DNA from: a virus
Taxonomy: Duplodnaviria > Caudoviricetes
DNA length: 37,837 bases
Strand: one strand, 5' to 3'
IMG/VR virus record: IMGVR_UViG_3300021086_000012
Coordinates: 1 to 37,837 of that record
Shown: one piece after another, positions 1 through 7,369 of the stretch
Layout: each line of letters begins with the position of its first letter
How positions within the stretch are numbered: the first letter of the stretch is position 1
Translations under genes and position numbers: made by a program
The notes under the pieces: generated by a model
Databases searched by the model: none
What the model saw: the letters and a program-made list of their open reading frames with translations, nothing else
Told to the model about the DNA's origin: nothing

Positions 1-131
1 CGCCTCCGAGGCGAAAGAAGCCCACGGGGTCGGTGAGCCGATGATCCGACTTGGCGTCGCCGGTCTCGATGTCGAACACCACGGGTGCGCCGCCCATCAC
101 CGCCACACCTGCCACTGGGTGGAAATCAGCA
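1..131. repeat. Terminal direct repeat (circular assembly overlap), copy 1
   Basis: 1-131 equals 37707-37837 except position 5 (T vs G at 37711); the overlap falls across the polA 5' end and the upstream ORF 3' end. Confidence 0.97.
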
Positions 132-411
132 GCTGCGCCGGGTAGACGTTGACCCAGTACGCGTTGCCGTTGTCGGCGATCTCGTGGACCTGCGGCATCG
201 TGGTGACCCCGGCGGCGCGGAGCACGGCCATGGCCGCCTTGCCGTGCGATCCGAGTTTGGACACGTCGGTGGTGGGTCGTCCGGTGGACACCGCGAACTC
301 GCGCACGGTGATCCAGTCGGAAGGGACGACCCAAGCGGATTGGACCGCCGAGGCTGGGACCGCCGACGGGTCCGACGGCTCGTAAAGTCGTCGTGGCTGA
401 GCGTTGACCAT
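97..411 (-). CDS. Small protein, possibly antirepressor C-terminal-like DNA-binding domain
   Basis: CACCTGGAG RBS 8 nt before ATG 411; TGA overlaps the polA ATG (TGATG); WITVREFA...LG..G..A....RAAG...VNVYP.QLL resembles from memory the C-termini of phage antirepressor/Rha-type proteins. Confidence 0.6.
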   Translation of the reverse strand: MVNAQPRRLYEPSDPSAVPASAVQSAWVVPSDWITVREFAVSTGRPTTDVSKLGSHGKAAMAVLRAAGVTTMPQVHEIADNGNAYWVNVYPAQLLISTQWQVWR

Positions 412-457
412 GATCATTTCTCCAGGTGATCCGAACATCCGGTCGTCCTACGTTTCG

Positions 458-567
458 GGAGCGGAGTAGCAAACTCGCTCTTACTACTCACACCTTTAGT
501 AAAACACAATACCCCATTCCTCATTTCTAGAAGTCTCAGCAGTAGGCAGGGTTTGCTACTCCGCTCC
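458..567. other. Putative replication origin: 17-bp inverted repeat around an AT-rich core
   Basis: GGAGCGGAGTAGCAAAC (458-474) / GTTTGCTACTCCGCTCC (551-567), AT-rich spacer, repeated CTACT/AGTAG, directly downstream of the primase-helicase gene. Confidence 0.55.
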
Positions 568-601
568 TACTGTATTGATTCAGATCGTTCCCCCATTCGG
601 C

Positions 602-2698
602 CTACTCATCCCACTGAGACTCGGGCAAAGTGATCATGTTCCACACCCGACACTTGGCCGGATTTGAGTATTGATGCACGTCAGGCATATCGCGGATGAT
701 CTCCGCAAACTTGGTGCGGCCCAGCGGCTTGCGCCCGCCCGACACGATCCACTGACTGTATGCAATATACAGAAGCGCGGTCGTCACGCCAGGGGTCGCA
801 GACTTGGGCTCCCGCAGTGGCACAACTTGCGCGCACCGGGCGGCCCAGTCCGCTACCGAGTTGGACCGCTGCTCGAACTCTGCCCGCAGCCGCTCGGGCA
901 CAGGCACGTCCATTCCTCGAACTCTGCGTCGCTGGGCCGCCTCCACCCACCGTCGCAGGATGCCCGGCAGCTCCCGCAGCATGGCTTCTTCAATCGTCGG
1001 GTTCTCCCGCCCCGCGAAGCTGTGCGGGAACTTGACCGGGCGGATCCGCTCCAGGTACGCACGGCTGGCCTCGGACACCGACGGCAGCGTGTTGGCCGAG
1101 AACGCGAACAGGGCTTTGTTGTGGAACTCGAACTGCCGCCCGTGCTTCCGATCCGCCTGGATCAGATCGTCGCCGGTCATGGTCTTGAACACTGAGATGT
1201 CGCTGACCTCGGCCGCCGACAGGTCCGCGGCCACGTTCAGGATCCGGCCGTACACGTTGGCCGCGGCGAACCGGCTGTCGGCCAGCTGATGCAGGGTCAC
1301 GGCGCTGGTGTTCTCGATCCCAGCCACCGCCTTCAGCAGCCGCAGGAACGTCGACTTGCCCGAGCGGCTCGGCCCGAAGAGCATGAGCGCCCGGGGCGGC
1401 GTGCGCCGCGGGTCCAGCATCTGTCCCGCCAGCTCCTCCAGCCCCTCCACCTGGTCCGCGCCGATCATCGCGGGCAGCCACGCGTCATAGATCGGGCACG
1501 CCGCCGTAGCCGTGTCCTGCGGCCACGTCACCGGCACCTGGGTGAGGGAGAGGTGCTCAGGGCTGAAGGCGTAGAGCTGCCCGGTGGTGACGTCCAGCAG
1601 CCCGTTGGCCACCGCGATCAGCGGGACGTCTGATTTCTCCGGGATGACCCTGCCCGCCAGCGCTCCGTACAGCGAGTCCCGCACGGCGGCGGTGTGCGCG
1701 GTGCGGTACCGGTCGCCGAGCAGCGTGGCCACGGCGCCGGCGAACGCCGCGTCGTTGGGCCCGGACCGGTAGACGCATCCGTCGAAGATGGCGATCGAGT
1801 GCTCCCGGGTCAACGCCATGGGCGACTGACCGAGCAGCACGTTGGCCGCCGCCTGCGTGCGGAAGCCGTCCAGCGGGTCGAACAAAGCCGCCGCGCCGCT
1901 TGTGGCGCTGACCTTCGTCTTGGGCCGGCGGTAGTCCGCGAAGGTTTCGGGCGCCGCCGCCTCGATCAGCCGGCCGAGATAGGCGCGGCGGTCGCCGTCG
2001 ACGCGAGCGCCGAGCACGTCGTCCAGGCCGGTGGTGCCGGACGCGGGCAGCCGCAGAAACCGGACGTCTGCGGCCCCCTCGGCCCGCAGCGCCAGCTGGA
2101 GCCGGACGCCTGCGTCCCACACGTTGGGGTTGCTGGCGTAGTCGGCGTCCAGGCAGACCACCACGTCGCGCCCGCGGGCTGCTGAGAGCCCGCGGCCGGG
2201 CATGCCCCGCTCGCTGCCGCCCCAACAGCCGATCAAGCCGATGACGCCCATGCCCCCCGGCGCGTGCTGCGCCGCCACGATGGACTGCTTGGTGCCCTCC
2301 ACGAACAGCACCGGGCCGTCGCCGGCGGGCGCCCGCAGGGACCACTGCACTGAGCGGAACCCCTCGTCGCCACTGCGGAACAGGTACTTGGGCGGATCGG
2401 CCTCCCACTCGAACGAGCGGGGCTCGTCGGGCCGCAACTGCCACTCCACGTGGCCGGTGTCGTCCCGCCAGGGGAAGAGCAGGCCTGGCAGCTGGTGACG
2501 CCACCGGTCGGGCGTGTCGGCCGGCAAGTCGGCCGGGGATGTGGCCGACCGGACGCCGAGGCCGTGCGCGAACTCAGGCGTGATGCCCGCCTTGCTGAGC
2601 AGCCTCACGTGCGCGGGGGAGAACAGAGCGCTGTCAAGGGCGCCCTGGGCGGACTCATCCTCCGGTGTGGGCATGCTACTTTGTGTCTGCTCGGTCAC
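602..2698 (-). CDS. DNA primase-helicase (DUF3854/Toprim-like N-terminus + D5/P4-type SF3 helicase)
   Basis: Toprim-like LFVEGTKQ and VVCLDADY motifs; Walker A GPSRSGKST; FKTMTGDDLIQADRKH and FSANTLP SF3 motifs. Alternative in-frame ATG at 2674. Confidence 0.92.
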   Translation of the reverse strand: MTEQTQSSMPTPEDESAQGALDSALFSPAHVRLLSKAGITPEFAHGLGVRSATSPADLPADTPDRWRHQLPGLLFPWRDDTGHVEWQLRPDEPRSFEWEADPPKYLFRSGDEGFRSVQWSLRAPAGDGPVLFVEGTKQSIVAAQHAPGGMGVIGLIGCWGGSERGMPGRGLSAARGRDVVVCLDADYASNPNVWDAGVRLQLALRAEGAADVRFLRLPASGTTGLDDVLGARVDGDRRAYLGRLIEAAAPETFADYRRPKTKVSATSGAAALFDPLDGFRTQAAANVLLGQSPMALTREHSIAIFDGCVYRSGPNDAAFAGAVATLLGDRYRTAHTAAVRDSLYGALAGRVIPEKSDVPLIAVANGLLDVTTGQLYAFSPEHLSLTQVPVTWPQDTATAACPIYDAWLPAMIGADQVEGLEELAGQMLDPRRTPPRALMLFGPSRSGKSTFLRLLKAVAGIENTSAVTLHQLADSRFAAANVYGRILNVAADLSAAEVSDISVFKTMTGDDLIQADRKHGRQFEFHNKALFAFSANTLPSVSEASRAYLERIRPVKFPHSFAGRENPTIEEAMLRELPGILRRWVEAAQRRRVRGMDVPVPERLRAEFEQRSNSVADWAARCAQVVPLREPKSATPGVTTALLYIAYSQWIVSGGRKPLGRTKFAEIIRDMPDVHQYSNPAKCRVWNMITLPESQWDE

Positions 2699-2752
2699 TG
2701 GTCGCCTTTCGAGGATCGATCGGGGGCGGGTACATCACTCTCCAGGTGATCG

Positions 2753-2787
2753 GAAAGCCGGTGGTTCCCCTTGGGCCGCCGGCTTTC
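2753..2787 (-). promoter_or_regulatory. Stem-loop in primase leader
   Basis: GAAAGCCGG (2753-2761) / CCGGCTTTC (2779-2787); minus-strand -10-like TAGTGT at 2806-2811 just upstream. Confidence 0.5.
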
Positions 2788-2851
2788 TGGCATGTGGGGT
2801 CTCGGACACTACACCGGGTGAGCGCCCACGGAGCGAGTCTCGCACACGGTG

Positions 2852-2881
2852 TTGCAAAACACTGCAATGGGCGCGTAGCAT
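2852..2881 (+). promoter_or_regulatory. SigA/HrdB-like early promoter overlapped by TGCA-N6-TGCA site
   Basis: TTGCAA-N18-TAGCAT, upstream of RBS and ATG 2911. Confidence 0.6.
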
Positions 2882-2910
2882 GGCCTCACGACCACTCACC
2901 TGGAGAGCAC

Positions 2911-3333
2911 ATGACCCAGTTTCACGCGCCGAACTTCAGCGCTCCGGACGACCCGAACTGGAGCGCGGGCGCCGCGCCGGCCGCGCCCGAGCTGCTGCCG
3001 CACCACGTCATCCGCCTGGACAACGGCGACGCCGAGCGTCACCCGCGACTGGCCCAGCTGGTGGCCGCCTACGACGCCGCCAAGCTGGCCGTCGACAGCG
3101 CGGCCTCGACTCTCAGGGCGATCACCGACGGCATCAAGGCCGAGACCTCGGCGGCGTTGCCCGGCTGCACCGATGTCACGATCGTGTCGGGCAGCCTGGA
3201 GCACTCGCTGATGCTCCAGTACGTGGTGAGCCACCGAGTGGACACCAAGGCCATGCGCGCGGCGTTGACCCCAGAGCAGTACGCCAGCCTGACCAAGCCG
3301 ACCGGTGCCTGGACCCTGAAGCGGAAGCGATGA
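2911..3333 (+). CDS. Hypothetical phage protein
   Basis: CACCTGGAGAG RBS, ATG 2911, high-GC3 codon pattern, ATGA overlap with next gene. Confidence 0.8.
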   Translation: MTQFHAPNFSAPDDPNWSAGAAPAAPELLPHHVIRLDNGDAERHPRLAQLVAAYDAAKLAVDSAASTLRAITDGIKAETSAALPGCTDVTIVSGSLEHSLMLQYVVSHRVDTKAMRAALTPEQYASLTKPTGAWTLKRKR

Positions 3334-4643
3334 CCATGCCGAACAGCTACTGGAGCGACCCGAGGCGGGAGCTGGAGGGGACGATTCGCTGCTCGTTCGT
3401 CGACGGCGACGACCGGCGGTGCGTCTACGGCTGGTCGCCTCCCGCCACCGCTGAGATCCGCCGGGGCGACGTCGACGTGCCCGTGCACAGCCACCGGTTC
3501 GAGACACCCAACGGGGGCGCCGACTGGACGGCCGTGCCGGCCGACAAGGCTTCACCGGCCGACAAGGCTTCACCGGCCGACAAGGCTTCACCGGCCGACA
3601 AGGCTTCACCGGCCGAGGCTATGACCCGGGGGCTGGAGTATTTCGCGACAGCGGGGCCGACGGACGTGTTCCGCGGACCGGCCGCGAACCCGTTCGCCAA
3701 GCCGATGTCGACGCCGCCCTACGCCGAGGTCACCGTGTCCTGGAACGGCAGCCAGCTGTTCATGCACGATGACAATGAGCCGGGCCCCACGGGCAACAAG
3801 CTGGCCGCGGTCGCCGTCGATTCCGAGACCGCCCAGCACCTCGCCCACCTGTGCGCCGAGTGGCGCCGGGCGCGGGGGCTGGACAAGCAGCTCGGTGCAG
3901 CGCTGTCCGCCCTGGACGATGTGTCTGCGCAGTCGGTCCAGTTCGAACAGGAGCGGGACGCGTTGCGGCGTGCGATTGCCGAGCCGAAGTGGCCGGACAG
4001 CCTGGCGCTGGCCGAGATCGAGCAGCTGAAGGCGAAGCTGAAGGCCAAGACCGCACGGCTGGATCGCGAGCTGGCAGCGACCGAGCGGCTGGACCGCGAG
4101 ATAGGTGATCTCAAGGCGCGGGCGGTCAAGATCGAAGAGTCCCGATCTGGGGCCATCGGAGAGCTGAACAAGATCAAGCGGCTATGGCGAGAAGACATCA
4201 GTCGTCTGAATATCCATCGCGAGCTGGGCAGGGCTCTGGACGTCGACATCAGCGGCCAAACGTGGGACAACCTGCTCCAGAGGGTGAAGCGACAGCGCAC
4301 CGAGCGGGACGAGTGGGCCAGCCGCGCCGACAAGGCGGAGGCCGGTGTGGCCGACTACCGCGAGCGCAACGCGACGCTGGCCCGGATGTATGCCGCCACG
4401 TGCGAGCAGCGAGACAAGGCCGAGGCGTCGCTGCGGGACAGCCAGTCACTGCTCAATGATGCGGACAGGGACGATGGTGATCCGGTGGTCGAGCTTCGCG
4501 GGATGATCAGCGATCTCAGCGCCGATGTGGGCAAGCACTTCGTCCGACGCTGCTCGGCCCTGCGTGACGGCGTTCGGTGCGTTCAACCGGTCCACCACCA
4601 GGGCGCGCACCACACCGGCCGCGGATCGGAGCAGTGGCAGTGA
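3330..4643 (+). CDS. Coiled-coil protein with PADKAS repeats and C-terminal C2H2-W motif
   Basis: ATGA-coupled start; long heptad-rich helical region; C-x8-C-x5-H-x3-H-x8-W tail. Confidence 0.8.
   Translation: MTMPNSYWSDPRRELEGTIRCSFVDGDDRRCVYGWSPPATAEIRRGDVDVPVHSHRFETPNGGADWTAVPADKASPADKASPADKASPADKASPAEAMTRGLEYFATAGPTDVFRGPAANPFAKPMSTPPYAEVTVSWNGSQLFMHDDNEPGPTGNKLAAVAVDSETAQHLAHLCAEWRRARGLDKQLGAALSALDDVSAQSVQFEQERDALRRAIAEPKWPDSLALAEIEQLKAKLKAKTARLDRELAATERLDREIGDLKARAVKIEESRSGAIGELNKIKRLWREDISRLNIHRELGRALDVDISGQTWDNLLQRVKRQRTERDEWASRADKAEAGVADYRERNATLARMYAATCEQRDKAEASLRDSQSLLNDADRDDGDPVVELRGMISDLSADVGKHFVRRCSALRDGVRCVQPVHHQGAHHTGRGSEQWQ
3537..3616 (+). repeat. 18-bp perfect tandem repeat (CCGGCCGACAAGGCTTCA) x4 plus partial
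   Basis: Four identical units at 3537, 3555, 3573 and 3591; in frame, encodes PADKAS. Confidence 0.97.
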
Positions 4644-4861
4644 CCGAAGACGACCGATACGAGCTGTGTGAGCGGCTGGACCGGATCGCCGCTGCTGTGG
4701 AGCGCATCGCGGTGACGTTCGAGCCGACGACGATAACCACCGGGGCGCTGGCTGCCGAAGCGGCGCGGTGCCCGCGCAAGGGCGGTGCCGACTGGCAGCA
4801 GTGCATACGGCCCGTGGCCCACAGTCAACAGCACGTGGCCGAGAACGGGCACAGCTGGTGA
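4640..4861 (+). CDS. Small protein with C2H2-W motif
   Basis: GTGA overlaps at both ends; C-x10-C-x5-H-x3-H-x7-W. Confidence 0.75.
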   Translation: MTEDDRYELCERLDRIAAAVERIAVTFEPTTITTGALAAEAARCPRKGGADWQQCIRPVAHSQQHVAENGHSW

Positions 4862-5664
4862 CCGGCCCGAGCCCGGCCGACTTCATGGGTGACGCGCCCG
4901 TGCGGTCGGTGTCGGGGAACACCGAGTGGGCCGCCCGGATGGCGCGCACTGTGAAGGACGTGGTCATCCGGGCGTCCAACCGGGCGCCGCGCTCGCTCCA
5001 GGTGCACCTCGGACCGAGCGAGCTCGGTGTGGAGTGCGATCGACAGGTGGTGGGCAAACTGGTCAGCGAGCCCCGCACCAACCACGTGGCCGACCCGTGG
5101 CCCTCGGTGGTCGGCACCGCGGTGCACGCGTGGCTGGCCGACGCCTTCGAGGCGGACAACCAGTTGACCGACCAGCAGCGCTGGTACGCCGAGCGCCGGG
5201 TGACCCCGCATCCGGAGCACCCTGGCACCGGGGACCTGTACGACGCGCACGAGCGGGCCGTGCTGGACCACAAGTGCCTTGGGCAGACCAGCCTGGACAA
5301 GGTCCGCTCGGGCAGGGTGCCGCGCAAATACCGGCGGCAGCTGCTGCTCTACGGCCTCGGCTTTCTGCGTCGGGGGCTGCCGGTGGAACGAGTGGGCATC
5401 ATCGCTTACCCGCGCACCGGCAGCACACTGGACAGCCTGTACGTGTGGGAGGCACCGTTCGACGGCGACGCCTACATCGAGCTGGCCGACACTTTTGCCG
5501 AGACCGCACGGCGCAAGCGGCAGGCGGCCGAAGTGCTCACCGGTCACCTGACGCTGGCCCAGGTGCCCCGCGCGCCTAGCTCGGACGAGTGCTACTTCTG
5601 CCCGTTCTACCGGCCGCAGTCCGGCCACGATGGTGGCCCCGGCTGCCCGGGGACGGTGGCGTGA
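4858..5664 (+). CDS. Cas4/RecB-like PD-(D/E)XK exonuclease
   Basis: GPSELGVECDR, GTAVHAW, GTGDLYD..VLDHK, QLLLYG, C-terminal CYFCPF...C (Fe-S staple cysteines). Confidence 0.88.
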   Translation: MTGPSPADFMGDAPVRSVSGNTEWAARMARTVKDVVIRASNRAPRSLQVHLGPSELGVECDRQVVGKLVSEPRTNHVADPWPSVVGTAVHAWLADAFEADNQLTDQQRWYAERRVTPHPEHPGTGDLYDAHERAVLDHKCLGQTSLDKVRSGRVPRKYRRQLLLYGLGFLRRGLPVERVGIIAYPRTGSTLDSLYVWEAPFDGDAYIELADTFAETARRKRQAAEVLTGHLTLAQVPRAPSSDECYFCPFYRPQSGHDGGPGCPGTVA

Positions 5665-5849
5665 TGGCGGATCTGAGCCAGTGTCCTAATGGCCACGCGT
5701 CGATGGGCGACGGCCAGTGCAACATCCGCGGCTGCGCGCACTGCGACCCCATCGTGGAGAAGCCGACGCGCACCGGCAGCGGCAAATCCAAGGACGGCCG
5801 AGCGTCGGTCGGCGGCGGCTTGGCCAAGCGCAGAGGTCCCCGAAAGTAG
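5664..5849 (+). CDS. Small Cys-rich, basic-tailed protein (putative zinc-binding)
   Basis: TGATG-coupled; MADLSQCPNGH...CNIRGCAHC, K/R-rich C-terminus. Confidence 0.65.
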   Translation: MADLSQCPNGHASMGDGQCNIRGCAHCDPIVEKPTRTGSGKSKDGRASVGGGLAKRRGPRK

Positions 5850-5852
5850 AAG

Positions 5853-5880
5853 TTGCATTTCGTTGCAATCCGTGTAGTGT
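5853..5880 (+). promoter_or_regulatory. Promoter with TGCA-N6-TGCA site
   Basis: TTGCAT-N16-TAGTGT; TGCAtttcgtTGCA. Confidence 0.6.
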
Positions 5881-5887
5881 GGCACTT

Positions 5888-6226
5888 GTTCGGACTGGAG
5901 AGCGACCGGCGCCCAGCACCACCGGGCAAGCCCAGAGCGACCGATGCGGGTGCGAGTCCTGATCAAGGTCGAACGGAGATCGAACCCACGTTCGGACCAC
6001 AGCAGCCAGCCGGACAGGGCGACAGCCCCGGCGCACGAGGCGACCAACGCGAGTGCGAGTCTCGGACTAAGGATCGAACGTGGGTTCACACCGTGGCAGT
6101 GGGTCAGGCACCGGGCACGGGAGGCGCTGGGAGACCAGGACATGCCCCGGAGGGTCGCTCACCCGGCCGACTGCCACAGGATGCGCCCCGGCATTTCATC
6201 GACCGTGTCTTGCCGGGGCGCAGTCC
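5888..6226 (+). ncRNA. Candidate structured non-coding RNA / leader with two tandem homologous units
   Basis: Perfect stems 5982-5994/6075-6087 (13 bp), 6093-6100/6170-6177 (8 bp), 6182-6193/6211-6222 (12 bp); two TGCGAGT loops closed by 4-bp stems; GAGA tetraloop; non-protein-like reading frames. Confidence 0.65.
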
Positions 6227-6258
6227 CCACATCATCAGCAGAATCGAGAAGCGCGATC

Positions 6259-7125
6259 ATGACGCAGCCGTACAACCCCCAGTACAACCAGTCAGTCCAG
6301 CAGGCGCCCATGCAGGGCTACCCCCAGTACAACCAGCCGATGCAGCCGCTGCCCGTCGCCCCCGGTTACCCGCCGCAGCAGTACGGCCAGGTTCCCCCGC
6401 CAGCGCAGCCGCAGGCCCCGTTGGCGCAGGGCACCCTGGACGACTTCTACGACCAGCCCACCGTCGGCGGCGGCTCGGGGCTGCCATTCAAGATCCTGGG
6501 CACTGAGCACTACGTGGAGACCACGCGGCCGATCACCAAGGCGGACGTGCAGCAGCAGACGGACACTCGGGGAAACGCCCAGACCTTCCGCGACGGCCGG
6601 CCTAAGTTCCAGATGCTCGTGCCGGTGCACGTGCTCAACAGCAACGTGCCCGAGTCGATCGGATCCACGGCCACGTTCTACGTGAAGGGGGCGACCCGCG
6701 AGAAGCTGGCCGCCGCCATGGCCGCCGCCGGCGCTCCCGCCGGCCCGCCCGAGGCAGGCTGCCGGATGCGGCTGCGCTACGCCGCGGACGTGCCGACCGG
6801 CGCCGGGTTCAACCCGCGCAAGGACATCGACATCACCTATGATCGGCCGGCCGACGCGCCCGCCACATCGGTCGCGCCGATCGCTCCCGCGCAGATCCCG
6901 CAGCCGTCAGCCGCACCTGCGCAGCTGGCTCCGCTCCAGCCGATGGTCAACGTTCCGCCGGCCCCGGCGCAGGCCACGCCGGCGGCTCCGCTCGCACAGG
7001 ACGTCCGTCCCCCCGCGGCGCCGATCCCGGCCGCCGGCATGCCGCCCGCGCCGCCGCAGATGTCCCCGGAGCAGCAGGCGGCGTACGCCACGTTGCTGGC
7101 CCAGATCGGGCAGCCGCAGGCCTGA
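6259..7125 (+). CDS. Probable single-stranded DNA-binding protein with low-complexity termini
   Basis: Core GGGSGLPF...QQTD...FRDGRPKFQMLV...FYVKG...GFNPRK..ITY.RP resembles actinophage SSB-type proteins; Q/P/Y-rich N-terminus, P/A-rich C-terminus; sits between exonuclease and helicase. Confidence 0.65.
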   Translation: MTQPYNPQYNQSVQQAPMQGYPQYNQPMQPLPVAPGYPPQQYGQVPPPAQPQAPLAQGTLDDFYDQPTVGGGSGLPFKILGTEHYVETTRPITKADVQQQTDTRGNAQTFRDGRPKFQMLVPVHVLNSNVPESIGSTATFYVKGATREKLAAAMAAAGAPAGPPEAGCRMRLRYAADVPTGAGFNPRKDIDITYDRPADAPATSVAPIAPAQIPQPSAAPAQLAPLQPMVNVPPAPAQATPAAPLAQDVRPPAAPIPAAGMPPAPPQMSPEQQAAYATLLAQIGQPQA

Positions 7126-7135
7126 CGGACAGACC

Positions 7136-7179
7136 AGCGGCCCTGTGTCCGTGACGCTGTCACCGGGCGCAGGGCCGCT
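7136..7179 (+). terminator. Stem-loop terminator
   Basis: AGCGGCCCTG...CAGGGCCGCT long hairpin right after the stop codon. Confidence 0.7.
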
Positions 7180-7202
7180 TCTCACCCTGGAGAGGAGAGG
7201 CC

Positions 7203-7277
7203 ATGATCGCTTTCGGGCTTGTCGTGATGTTCGTGTCCGTCGGCGTGGCCGTGTTCGCGACGCTGGTGATGGACTGA
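7203..7277 (+). CDS. 24-aa single-TM micro-protein (MIAFGLVVMFVSVGVAVFATLVMD)
   Basis: Strong GGAGAGGAGAGG RBS; TGATG overlap with next ORF; below ORF-track cutoff. Confidence 0.65.
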   Translation: MIAFGLVVMFVSVGVAVFATLVMD

Positions 7278-7369
7278 TGATCACTATCCTGGCTGGGCTC
7301 ACCTGCCTGATGATGACGTTCACCGCCGGTTGGCTGTGGCGAGACACCAACGGAGGGATCGGCCGGTGA
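7277..7369 (+). CDS. 30-aa hydrophobic micro-protein (MITILAGLTCLMMTFTAGWLWRDTNGGIGR)
   Basis: TGATG-coupled start, GTGA-coupled end. Confidence 0.6.
   Translation: MITILAGLTCLMMTFTAGWLWRDTNGGIGR

Noticed and set aside
1-131. Biological terminal repeat or att site
   Set aside because: It cuts through coding sequence and its length is typical of an assembler overlap
2514-3329. 709-aa ORF start, and similar long upstream extensions (7377, 9640, 11975, 13278, 20958)
   Set aside because: They overlap better-supported genes; true starts are marked by RBSs and stop/start overlaps
3537-3616. CRISPR-like array near a Cas4-like gene
   Set aside because: The repeats are contiguous with no spacers and lie in frame in a CDS; solo Cas4-like nucleases are common phage recombination exonucleases
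5893-5942. ZTP (pfl) riboswitch or hammerhead resemblance (GACTGG, ACCACCGGG, GAGCGACC; CTGATCA)
   Set aside because: Only fragmentary matches; the ZTP 3' CGCCTGGGC hairpin and the hammerhead CUGANGA/GAAA core are not present in order
5888-6087. tRNA genes suggested by GTTCG and T-loop-like hairpins
   Set aside because: No cloverleaf, anticodon arm or CCA geometry; GTTCG forms the closing stem rather than a T arm
5944-6258. N-terminal extension of the SSB ORF (and overlapping ORF 5853..6506)
   Set aside because: No GC3 codon bias, non-protein-like composition and dense RNA structure; open frames are expected by chance at this GC
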